A stretch of DNA of 63,209 nucleotides, counting the filler, from an uncultured Methanosarcinales archaeon (GTDB lineage Archaea; Nanobdellota; Nanobdellia; Woesearchaeales; DSVV01): assembly GCA_964593285.1 (NCBI GenBank). It is 6 parts of 6 records of this genome, joined end to end, with 100 filler letters (N's around TTAATTAATTAA, not from the genome) between each part and the next. Parts side by side here need not be neighbours in the genome. Positions count along the whole stretch, not along the records: positions 13,509 to 26,736 come from CAZQHZ010000025.1; positions 26,837 to 38,362 come from CAZQHZ010000027.1; 4 more parts are not named here. One strand, written 5' to 3'. The notes beneath the pieces are model-generated. The model was not told the origin of the DNA. It worked only from the letters and a program-made list of their open reading frames with translations, and did not search any database. Position numbers and translations under genes: made by a program. Below are positions 20,797 through 29,977 of the stretch, in pieces (within the stretch, counting starts at the first letter, position 1; the number at the start of each line of letters is the position of its first letter).

Positions 20797-21705
20797 ATGA
20801 CATTAGAAGCAATATGTGTGGAAACTGATCCTGGGAAAAAAAAGGAAATCAAACTCTCTGGAAAATTAAGAGGTTCAAGTAGTTTAGATGCAAATTTAAA
20901 TGAAATACTACAACCATATTCGCTAAAAGATGGAAGTACTATTTTAGGCACAAAAGCAGTAATTATCAATGTAAATGGTTTTATGCAAGAATTTTTAGAA
21001 AAATACAATTTATCAACAGATATAATAGATGAATTAAATAAAAAAATAAATAATTATTCAACTTATAAAATAGATGATGCAGTAGGATTTAAAAGTTATT
21101 TTTGGGATAATACTTCACAAGTACACCATCGAGATATAATGAGCAATTATTTTAAAAATTTAGAAAAACAGTTAAATGTAATCTATGAAGAAAAAATGAA
21201 AAAAGAATATTTTACTGATGAAGAATTTGAAAAAGAATTTAAAAAAATAGAAAATTTGGATACTGCTTTAACCGATTTAAACGAAGGATTAGAACAATTA
21301 TATAAAACAAAAAAAAGTGGAAAACAAGAATTGACTAAAGCTGGAGAACTTATTTTAAAATACTCACAAGGATATCAATTGTCATCAAACAATATAGAAG
21401 AGAAAAATGATTTATGGAAAAGTCAGATAAGAAGAGTTGAACTATCTTCAGGAATAACAAAAGATCAAGATACATATAGCATAAAAATTCCAAAAAATGA
21501 AACAAGGCGTAGTGTTCAATATTTTTTAAATTGTTTAGAAAATGTAGAATATAAAACAAATACATTTGAAATGCCTAAAAGTGCAGGGTATATAGGTGAA
21601 AGTATAGATGTTTTAAATGTAGCAACACACAGAAAAAAGAATGGAGATTATTTATCAAAAGAAGGCAATATTAAAACTTTAAGAATAAATTACACAAAAA
21701 ACTAA
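20797..21705 (+). CDS. Hypothetical protein
   Basis: 302-aa ORF preceded by a TATA-like box (TTTAAATA ~20767); no motif recognised. Confidence 0.6.
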   Translation: MTLEAICVETDPGKKKEIKLSGKLRGSSSLDANLNEILQPYSLKDGSTILGTKAVIINVNGFMQEFLEKYNLSTDIIDELNKKINNYSTYKIDDAVGFKSYFWDNTSQVHHRDIMSNYFKNLEKQLNVIYEEKMKKEYFTDEEFEKEFKKIENLDTALTDLNEGLEQLYKTKKSGKQELTKAGELILKYSQGYQLSSNNIEEKNDLWKSQIRRVELSSGITKDQDTYSIKIPKNETRRSVQYFLNCLENVEYKTNTFEMPKSAGYIGESIDVLNVATHRKKNGDYLSKEGNIKTLRINYTKN

Positions 21706-21721
21706 AAAAATTTTTTTAATT

Positions 21722-22525
21722 TTAAATTATATTTAAAGAACCATATTTTTTTTCTAAAACAACCATAGATTTATCATAAATGTTATCTATAGAATCATAT
21801 TCTACTTGTTTTAAGCCAAAACATTCTGTGTTATTTATTTTAAATCTTGAAGGTGTTTTATTTAAATGACCAAAAAAGTAATTTTTCGGTTTAATCAAAT
21901 TTATCAAAGTAGATAAATTTTCAGAACCATTATTTTTTGCCTCTACTGGGTGCATATGGGTTAAAAAAATGTCTAAATTTTTTAAATAAAGTGCATCAAA
22001 TAAAGCATTTTCATTAATAGAGATAGAGGGATCTTTTTTGATACTATTTGGTCTAGATTTTTTTTCAATCCCACCAATTCCTGCAAAAGTTACATATTCA
22101 CCATCATCTGCATAAACAATGGTTGGTTTACTATCTGATAAATAAAGTATTTTATCATTCAAATAATGAAAATTAGAATTTAAATTCTTATCTTCTAATT
22201 TTTTTAAATAAGAAGCATCATCGTGATTACCTCTTGTAAAAAACAATTTAGCATCGATACTTGAGTAAAAATCATTTTTAGAAGAATTAAAATATTTTTC
22301 ATAAATTGAGCTGTTTTTTAAAAAATCATATATTTTTAATTCATTAGGATTTTTTTTTAAAACTCTTGATTTTACATAAGGTGGTTTGTTTGGATCATAC
22401 ACGCCTAAATCACCTACTTGTAAGATTAAATCTATTTTATCTTTATTTTTCCTTTGCCAATCTCTAACGGATTTATAAACTCCTTCTATATTTCCATGAA
22501 CATCTCCAAAAACGCTTATAATCAT
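21722..22525 (-). CDS. Calcineurin-like metallophosphoesterase, Dbr1-like
   Basis: GDVHG, GD, GNHD, TH and GH motifs. Confidence 0.85.
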   Translation of the reverse strand: MIISVFGDVHGNIEGVYKSVRDWQRKNKDKIDLILQVGDLGVYDPNKPPYVKSRVLKKNPNELKIYDFLKNSSIYEKYFNSSKNDFYSSIDAKLFFTRGNHDDASYLKKLEDKNLNSNFHYLNDKILYLSDSKPTIVYADDGEYVTFAGIGGIEKKSRPNSIKKDPSISINENALFDALYLKNLDIFLTHMHPVEAKNNGSENLSTLINLIKPKNYFFGHLNKTPSRFKINNTECFGLKQVEYDSIDNIYDKSMVVLEKKYGSLNII

Positions 22526-22707
22526 AAAAATTAGGAAAAAATAACAATTTATAAAAGTTTCTAAAAATAACTATCAAAAAGTAGTTAATTTTAAATGTTA
22601 ATGGCTTTATTTATTTTTCAATCATTTTTTTATATAAAATGTTAAAAAAATATATCTTTGCTGTACAATAACTAAACATTTAAATTCAGAAATTCTTCAT
22701 AAAAATT

Positions 22708-23133
22708 ATGGTAACAAAAATATATTTTGCAGGTTCAATCCGCGGTGGACGAGATGATAAAGAATTGTATCTACAATTAATTAAACACTTAGCAAAATAC
22801 GGCAAGGTTTTAACAGAACATGTAGGTTGTGAAAATTTAACAGAAACTGGAGAAAAAACACAACAGGATGAATTAATATACAGTCGTGATATGTCTTGGA
22901 TTAAAGAATCAGATGTTTTAGTTGCAGAAGTTTCAAAGCCTTCAATTGGTGTTGGATATGAAATTGGAAAAGCTGAAGATATGAATAAAAAAATATTATG
23001 TCTTTATAGAAAACAAAAAAATAAAAAATTATCTGCAATGATTAATAAAAACCCTAATTTAAATGTTGTAAAATATGAAACATTAAAAGAAGCAATCATG
23101 CATATTGATAATTTTTTTATAGCATTAAAATAA
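22708..23133 (+). CDS. 2'-deoxynucleoside 5'-phosphate N-hydrolase (DNPH1/Rcl family)
   Basis: IYFAGSIRGGRDD, VLTEH, RD..W, AEVS.PS.GVGYEIG, LSAMI. Confidence 0.9.
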   Translation: MVTKIYFAGSIRGGRDDKELYLQLIKHLAKYGKVLTEHVGCENLTETGEKTQQDELIYSRDMSWIKESDVLVAEVSKPSIGVGYEIGKAEDMNKKILCLYRKQKNKKLSAMINKNPNLNVVKYETLKEAIMHIDNFFIALK

Positions 23134-23184
23134 TAACTTACTAAAAAAGAAAAATTTAAGTACTCTTTTTTTATTTCTTTTTTT

Positions 23185-23712
23185 ATGGACAAAGTAATTG
23201 TTGCATCAAAAAATCCTGTTAAAATAAAAGCAGTTAAAAATGCTTTTAAAAAAATGTTTGAAAACCAAAAATTTGAATTTATTTCAATATCTACTAATTC
23301 AGAAGTTTCAAATCAACCAAATACCAGCAATGAAACTTTTATTGGAGCAAAAAATAGAGCAAATAATGCTTCAAATGAATATAAAAATGCTAAATTTTAT
23401 GTAGGCATAGAAGGTGGAATTGAAAAAAAACAAAAAGAAATGGAATCATTTGCATGGGTTGTTATAAAATCTGAAAATAAATATGGTAAGGCAAAAACTG
23501 GAACCTTTTTTTTACCAAATAAAATTATTAAATTAATAAATGAAGGAATGGAACTTGGTGAAGCTGATGATATAGTTTTTAAAGATAATAATTCTAAACA
23601 AAAAAATGGTGCTGTTGGGATTTTAACAAAGAATGTAATTGATAGAAAAAAATATTATATGGAAGCTATAATTTTAGCTTTAATCCCATTTAAGAATAAA
23701 GAATTATATTAA
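23185..23712 (+). CDS. yjjX: Inosine/xanthosine triphosphatase
   Basis: ASKNPVKI, S.VS.QP, GAKNRA, VGIEGG, ELG...D, GAVGILT. Confidence 0.92.
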   Translation: MDKVIVASKNPVKIKAVKNAFKKMFENQKFEFISISTNSEVSNQPNTSNETFIGAKNRANNASNEYKNAKFYVGIEGGIEKKQKEMESFAWVVIKSENKYGKAKTGTFFLPNKIIKLINEGMELGEADDIVFKDNNSKQKNGAVGILTKNVIDRKKYYMEAIILALIPFKNKELY

Positions 23713-23717
23713 AAAAT

Positions 23718-24557
23718 TTAATTATTAAAACACAAATCAAAAAAGTCGCATTTGCCTCGTCCCCAATTACATAAAATTGATTGTTTTTTTGGATAATCAC
23801 CCATACATTTTGAAATAGTATTATCATGTATTTTTTTAATTTCACATCTTCCAAATTCAAGTAAATCTTCATCAACAAAAATAACTCTCTCACCATGTTT
23901 TAATAAAAATAAACCAACTTCATTAGGATATTTTTCATATTTTTCATGATATAAAAGAGAGTAAATAGATAACTGAAGTTTATAATCGTTTGTAATTGCA
24001 TCTTTTTTTGAAGTTTTATAATCAATAATCTTTATATTTTCTTTTGTTTTATAGATTGCATCAATAAATCCTTGAACACCCATCTCTTTAGATAAAAAGT
24101 GTTCTTCTGAAATTGGTTTTAATTTATTGAAGGCTTCAATTAAATTATCATTTGTATTAGCCTTTTCAATTTTTGAGATTAAATCTAAAAGCCAAAATTG
24201 TAACATGTCTTTAGTTTCATCTAGATAAAAATTTATTTGATTTTTAGTTAAATCTAATTGATTAAATTCATTTTTTGCAAAATTCCAATGTTTAGAAATT
24301 AAATCATGTAGTATTATTTTAAAATAAAATTGATAATTATTTTTAGGAATATTTTTTATATCGAATGTAAAAAAATCTTCAATAACGCTATGAGCAATTT
24401 TACCTCTTATTAGATGAATACTTGGCTTTGTTTTTATTTCTTTTATATAATTAAAATAGTATTTTCTTGGACATTGCCTATATGTATTAATAGAACTTGA
24501 ACTTTGTATTCTTGTAATTGTACATTTGTTAAGTTTTTTTTTGGTTATAAAACTCAT
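23718..24557 (-). CDS. PD-(D/E)xK RecB/Cas4-like nuclease with Fe-S staple cysteines
   Basis: SSINTYRQCPRKYY, GFIDAI...IIDYKT, QLSIY, C-terminal CNW....CDF..LC. Confidence 0.85.
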   Translation of the reverse strand: MSFITKKKLNKCTITRIQSSSSINTYRQCPRKYYFNYIKEIKTKPSIHLIRGKIAHSVIEDFFTFDIKNIPKNNYQFYFKIILHDLISKHWNFAKNEFNQLDLTKNQINFYLDETKDMLQFWLLDLISKIEKANTNDNLIEAFNKLKPISEEHFLSKEMGVQGFIDAIYKTKENIKIIDYKTSKKDAITNDYKLQLSIYSLLYHEKYEKYPNEVGLFLLKHGERVIFVDEDLLEFGRCEIKKIHDNTISKCMGDYPKKQSILCNWGRGKCDFFDLCFNN

Positions 24558-24788
24558 TCTTCCTCACTACTTAATTCCTCTTCATTATTTTTTGAAGGTG
24601 TTTTATAAGTAGGCATTTCATCTTTTTTTTTAAGATTTGTTTTTTCAAAAACCATTTTTTTAATAAAACCTGTATCTTCATGTTTTTTTGTTAAAATATT
24701 AATGTTTGTATCTATCTTTTTTTTAACCATTTATAGCATAAAATTTCAAATTATTTAAAAGTATTATGTATTTTATTTTTAAATGAAG

Positions 24789-26078
24789 TTATTTAATTAT
24801 TCCATAACCAATTAATCTAAATCTATTACCTAAAAGTCTAGAAATTGTAACTCTTGATTTTTTTTCAACACAAACTGGTAGTTTCAATTTACAGCTAATT
24901 ATATTTTTAGTAATATCAGTTACAATTCCAACTGTTGCTGCAGAATTAACATTTAACATTAAAGCTTCCATTTTTTTAATTGGTTCAACTGTTAAATCTT
25001 CTTTACTTCCAACAACTCTTTTTAAAAGATTAACTTCTAATTTAAGATTATATAAAATTTCTGGAAGTTTATTTGGTAAGCCAACTAATGAACCAGTTAA
25101 TTTATCAGATTTTACAATTGATGGGTCAAGTGATGTTGATATTGCAATGGATCCTCCTGGAGTTGCTTTTTTAATAAAATTATTACCTGTTGCAATTGAT
25201 GTAATTTTTGTTTTAATAGGTTTACTTATTTGTTGATTTTTTTCTTCAACACGAATCCCAGGTCTAATTTCAATTTCATCTCCTTCTTTTAAAACACCCT
25301 GAATTAGGCTTCCACCTAAAATTCCACCATTTAATGTTTTAATTTCTTGCCCTGGTTTATTTATATCAAAACTTCTTGCAATAAGCATTCTTGGTTCAAG
25401 TGTTTCATCTCGTTTTGGTGTTGGAATTATTTCCTCAATAGCTTTAATTAATATATTTAAATTTATATTATGTATTGCAGATATTGGAATTATTTTGGAA
25501 TCTTTATAATCTGTTGATTTTAAAAATTCTTTAATTTGTTTATAATTTTTTAAAGCTTTATCTTTTGAAACTAAATCAATTTTATTTTGAACAACAATTA
25601 CATTTTTAATGCCCATTATCTGTAATGCCATTATATGTTCTCTTGTTTGAGGCTGTGGGCATGTTTCATTTGCTGCAACCATTAAAATTGCACCATCCAT
25701 AATTGTTGCACCTGCAAGCATTGTTGCCATTAAACTTTCATGACCTGGTGCATCAACCAAACTTATTTTTCTGATAATTTTTGTTTTAGCATTACATGTT
25801 AAACATTTTTCACTAGTAGTATAAGAAATTTCTTCATCACATTTTTCACATTTTCTAATTGTTGTATCAGCATAACCAAGTCTAATTGTTATTCCTCTTT
25901 TGATTTCTTCAGAATGAGTATCTGTCCATCTTCCTGTTAATTTTTCAGTTAATGTGGTTTTACCATGATCAACATGTCCAATTAAACCGATATTTACATG
26001 TGGTTGTAAATCTAATGTTTCTTTTTTTGTAGTTTTCTTAGATTTAATCTTTTTATTTTCTTCTTTTTCTGCAGCCAT
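24789..26078 (-). CDS. eif2g: Translation initiation factor 2 gamma subunit
   Basis: GHVDHGKTT, HSEEIKRGITIRLGY, DAPGHE, PQPQTREH, QNKID, RLIGYG. Confidence 0.98.
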   Translation of the reverse strand: MAAEKEENKKIKSKKTTKKETLDLQPHVNIGLIGHVDHGKTTLTEKLTGRWTDTHSEEIKRGITIRLGYADTTIRKCEKCDEEISYTTSEKCLTCNAKTKIIRKISLVDAPGHESLMATMLAGATIMDGAILMVAANETCPQPQTREHIMALQIMGIKNVIVVQNKIDLVSKDKALKNYKQIKEFLKSTDYKDSKIIPISAIHNINLNILIKAIEEIIPTPKRDETLEPRMLIARSFDINKPGQEIKTLNGGILGGSLIQGVLKEGDEIEIRPGIRVEEKNQQISKPIKTKITSIATGNNFIKKATPGGSIAISTSLDPSIVKSDKLTGSLVGLPNKLPEILYNLKLEVNLLKRVVGSKEDLTVEPIKKMEALMLNVNSAATVGIVTDITKNIISCKLKLPVCVEKKSRVTISRLLGNRFRLIGYGIIK

Positions 26079-26096
26079 TTTGTTAATTATAAAAAA

Positions 26097-26510
26097 TTAT
26101 ATTTTATTTTTTTCTTCCTTTTTTGTTTCGCTACTATCTTCATTTATTTCTAATTTCTCTTTACCATATTTTAATATTTTTAAATTAATTTGAACAATTT
26201 TATCATAAATTGTATTTCCTGCAACAGTTTTTCGAATTTTCATTCCATTTCTGGTTTTTTTAATTCCAACACCGCTTACAGCGAATATTTTTCGTTTTCC
26301 AGCTAAATCAACATCTTTTCTCATTGGAAAACCAGAATTATCACTTCCACCAGTAATTAAAAATTCATAACCTTCAAAATTAAAATTATCTCCTAAAACT
26401 TTTTCATTTATCTTTTTGCCAATAAAATATTTTGCAACATCATCTTTTACTTCTCTTTGATAACTTTTTCCTGTTTTTGTATCGTTTATCACTAATTTAA
26501 ATTCTACCAT
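26097..26510 (-). CDS. rps6e: 30S ribosomal protein eS6
   Basis: FKLVINDTKTGKS, ITGGSDNSGFPMRKD, RKTVAGN; adjacent to eif2g as is usual in archaea. Confidence 0.97.
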   Translation of the reverse strand: MVEFKLVINDTKTGKSYQREVKDDVAKYFIGKKINEKVLGDNFNFEGYEFLITGGSDNSGFPMRKDVDLAGKRKIFAVSGVGIKKTRNGMKIRKTVAGNTIYDKIVQINLKILKYGKEKLEINEDSSETKKEEKNKI

Positions 26511-26736
26511 TTTTTTCCTCCTAAACCCAAGTTTTAAAGTTTAAACTCAGTCTTTTTATTAATCCTTTATTTTTATATAACTTCTATAAAAAGTAATTTA
26601 ATAGGATTTATATTGCTTAGAACAAAATAATTATTTAAAAAGCTATTGGTTTTAGTGATTAAAATTAATTTTTATAAAAAATAAATAAAAACTTTTTTAA
26701 AAAGAAACAATTTTTATAATATAATGAGAAAAAATA

Positions 26737-26836
26737 NNNNNNNNNNNNNNNNNNNNNNNNNNNNNNNNNNNNNNNNNNNNTTAATTAATTAANNNNNNNN
26801 NNNNNNNNNNNNNNNNNNNNNNNNNNNNNNNNNNNN
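26737..26836. other. Artificial contig linker
   Basis: N-TTAATTAATTAA-N. Confidence 0.98.
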
Positions 26837-29800
26837 GATAAATATAGTGTTTATTCGACTGAAAAAATAAATATATATGAACCAGTACCTATAACTGTTC
26901 AAATTAATGATAAAGATTATTTAACAGCTTTAACAGAAATAAAAATAAGTCTTGGTTGTAATATTTTATTCTATAAAAAAATTGGTCATGAAAAATTTCA
27001 ATTAGAAGAAGTTGATGAAAATACTTACAAATATCCTGAAGGTGAAAAAAAATTAGAATTTTATGTAACACCTATCATGAAAGGAAAATTAAGTATGAAT
27101 AAAGATGGTTTAACTCAATGTGTAATTCAACTATTACATGATAATGATGAATTAAGAAGAATACATGGATTTGGAGAAAATACATATAAGGATATGAAAG
27201 GACATACAAGAATTTATTATGATTTTTATGATTATGATTTTGGAATTAAAGAGATACCTGAAGGATTTGAATTAACAAAAGATGATGTAAATGGAGGAAT
27301 AGCTGGAACTATGACTTTAGAAGAATTGTTTGAAAGTAATGTGGGCATGGGTTCAAGGTATTTTAGAAAAAGATATGAAATAGATAATGATATATTAAAA
27401 TCACAATTAGATATTGAGTTAGTAGATGGAACTGAATTTAAATATAATGAATTAGTAAATGGAGATGCAGAGCTGAAAAGTGGTAGAATTTTAAATTCAT
27501 TAGAAAATTTTGAAACATTAAATTTTGATTTAGGTAAAGGTAATATTGGATATAATTGTTTCAAAGATTATGATTTTTATATGTCTAATAATGAAGAAAA
27601 TAAATATAGAATAAAATGTAAATATTATGAAACGATAATTACTGAGTATGGTCCTATTATTTTAGATTTATCAGTAGAAGAAATTATTAAGTATGGGAAA
27701 GGAGAAGAAGAAAGAGAAAGAGCAAAACAAGAAGCTCAAGTAAAAAAAGAAGAATGGAAAGAAAAATTAATTGATATAGGTAATAGTGTTTATTTTGAAA
27801 GTGAAGGAGAAAACCCAAAATTAGATATTGAAGAACAAGATTCAACATATTTGTATGGTTATATTGTAGATATAGAAAAAAACCCTTTGCCTTATTTAGA
27901 ATTATATTTTACTTATGATGGAAATAAATACGAAACAACAACTGATTTTAATGGAAATTATGAATTTGATTTAGGAAATATAAAAATAAAGGATGAAGAT
28001 GAAGAAGGAAGATTAGGTTTTAAATTATCATATGTAAGAGATGGAACAAATTATTTCAAATTGTTTAATTATAATGAACAAGAACAAACTTTTAAAGCAT
28101 CAATAATAGAAAAAATAATAAAATTAAAGAAAGATGAAAATAAAGAAATAAATTTGATTTTTGATGGAAATATTGATGATAGTATTGCTACTAATCTTGG
28201 AACTGATATTAATGTTAGAGATCATGCAAATACTTATTTTCATATGCATGAAGCAGTAGAGTTTGCATTAGAAGGATTAAATGTTAAACTAGATCATGAA
28301 TTACCAATCCAAGTTTTAATTGGACAAGATGATAGAGAGACTTTATATTCACCAGATAGAGCATATATAAAAATAGCAAAAAGTGATAAAAGTTATGGTT
28401 CATCTAATAGACCAAGAAATAGAGAATATCATGAATTTGGACATCATTTAATGTATGATATATATGGTGGGTGGGTGGATGATTGGTCAATGGATAATAC
28501 GCTAAATCATGGGGGGTTTTTAAATCCAAGTACTGCTGATTCATTTTTGGAAGGTTTTGCAGAATTTATAGCACTTGCAATTGCAAAATTTCACGGTTAT
28601 GAAAATCCTGATAAATATGCAGGATTTGGAAGTTTAGAAAAAAATTATAAGCCATGGGATGAAAATGGAAATTATGAAGAATTTGCAGTTGCATCGTTAT
28701 TATGGGATATGTATGATTCAAATAATGAACAAGGAGATTCATTAACAATGTCTTTACATGATATATGGCAAGTTATAGATGTAAAAAGAGCTAATTTTTA
28801 TGAATATTATAAAGCATTTATTCAAAGGTATCCTGAAAAAAAGGATGCAATAAATGATTTATTTATTTTACATGGTTTTTTTGTAGACACAAGAGAAGGA
28901 AATAAAAAATGGGATAACTTTGAAGCTTTTAGAAGTTCAAATAATACTTTAACTTATTCAAAAGGGGATTATTTTATTGATTTGAGTTGTAATAAAACAC
29001 CTTGTGTTATTGGATATAAAGAAGGATTTAAGATTGGACCTGCTGCAAATTATCATAGACAAAATAGAACTCAAGCAGTAATGCCTCAAGATGCTTTTTT
29101 AGAAGTTGATCCAAATGGACCAAGATATTATACTATAAGTATTATTTATCCAAACAAAGAAATACCAAATGAAGAATATGATATAGAAATGAAGGGAGGT
29201 TTGGTTTTTGTAAATCCTTTGCCATATGATATAGAAGCAAATATACAAATAAAACCTAAAACACAAGAATTTAGTTATAAAGAAGATTTTCAAATTAAAA
29301 ATAGTGAATTAATTAAAAGTATGAATGATAATATTGGTGAAGGTTCATTTGCAAAACATGATTTTGAGTTTGAAAGAATTGCCTCAGATAAAGATTTAGT
29401 TTATGCTGAAGAAGGATTTGAACCAAGTTATACTAATGATGATAGAAAGTTTGAAGATATAGAAGAGAATATTGAAGATGATGATGAGGGTTTTATTGTC
29501 GGAAACAATGAAAATAAAACTGGATTTGTTTCATATTTAATTTGGTTTTTAGTTATTGGAGGAATTTTAATAGTAAGTTTTAATTTTTTTAAAAATAAAA
29601 ATAATAAAGAGAAATTACACAAAACATACCAAAAAAAAATTATTCCAAATGCCAAAAAAATTGCACAAAACACAAAAAAATATTCAAAAACCCTAGCTCA
29701 TAAAACAAAAAAAACTTATAATGAAAAGATAGTTCCAAATACAAAAAAATTTCTTAAAGTTTCTAAAAAACATGCAAAAATTTTTATTCACAAAACGAAA

Positions 29801-29902
29801 AAAACCTATAATGAACAAGTATTACCAAAAGCAAAAGAATTAAAAGAAAAAATTAAAAAAAAGACGAATGAATTAATTAATAATAGTTCTAAGAAAAAAT
29901 AA
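26837..29902 (+). CDS. Large membrane-anchored zincin-type metalloprotease-like protein, 5'-partial
   Basis: Frame open from the contig edge; YHEFGHHLM (HExxH) plus SFLEGFAEF third ligand; TM YLIWFLVIGGILIVSF; Lys-rich repeat tail. Confidence 0.75.
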   Translation, partial: DKYSVYSTEKINIYEPVPITVQINDKDYLTALTEIKISLGCNILFYKKIGHEKFQLEEVDENTYKYPEGEKKLEFYVTPIMKGKLSMNKDGLTQCVIQLLHDNDELRRIHGFGENTYKDMKGHTRIYYDFYDYDFGIKEIPEGFELTKDDVNGGIAGTMTLEELFESNVGMGSRYFRKRYEIDNDILKSQLDIELVDGTEFKYNELVNGDAELKSGRILNSLENFETLNFDLGKGNIGYNCFKDYDFYMSNNEENKYRIKCKYYETIITEYGPIILDLSVEEIIKYGKGEEERERAKQEAQVKKEEWKEKLIDIGNSVYFESEGENPKLDIEEQDSTYLYGYIVDIEKNPLPYLELYFTYDGNKYETTTDFNGNYEFDLGNIKIKDEDEEGRLGFKLSYVRDGTNYFKLFNYNEQEQTFKASIIEKIIKLKKDENKEINLIFDGNIDDSIATNLGTDINVRDHANTYFHMHEAVEFALEGLNVKLDHELPIQVLIGQDDRETLYSPDRAYIKIAKSDKSYGSSNRPRNREYHEFGHHLMYDIYGGWVDDWSMDNTLNHGGFLNPSTADSFLEGFAEFIALAIAKFHGYENPDKYAGFGSLEKNYKPWDENGNYEEFAVASLLWDMYDSNNEQGDSLTMSLHDIWQVIDVKRANFYEYYKAFIQRYPEKKDAINDLFILHGFFVDTREGNKKWDNFEAFRSSNNTLTYSKGDYFIDLSCNKTPCVIGYKEGFKIGPAANYHRQNRTQAVMPQDAFLEVDPNGPRYYTISIIYPNKEIPNEEYDIEMKGGLVFVNPLPYDIEANIQIKPKTQEFSYKEDFQIKNSELIKSMNDNIGEGSFAKHDFEFERIASDKDLVYAEEGFEPSYTNDDRKFEDIEENIEDDDEGFIVGNNENKTGFVSYLIWFLVIGGILIVSFNFFKNKNNKEKLHKTYQKKIIPNAKKIAQNTKKYSKTLAHKTKKTYNEKIVPNTKKFLKVSKKHAKIFIHKTKKTYNEQVLPKAKELKEKIKKKTNELINNSSKKK

Positions 29903-29977
29903 TTTTAATATGTATAATTTTTAAAAATTTTCAAATCAACCCAAACTTTTATATATCATTAATTAGATGAGTGATAT

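Noticed and set aside
23718..24557. Cas4-like nuclease as evidence of CRISPR-Cas
   Set aside because: No cas1/cas2 and no repeat-spacer array anywhere in the window; solo RecB-like nucleases are common in archaea.
24554..24730. Possible ~55-aa ORF on minus (MVKKKIDTNINIL...) upstream of the nuclease
   Set aside because: Plausible, but the reading frame is ambiguous at a homopolymer and it has no recognisable motif.
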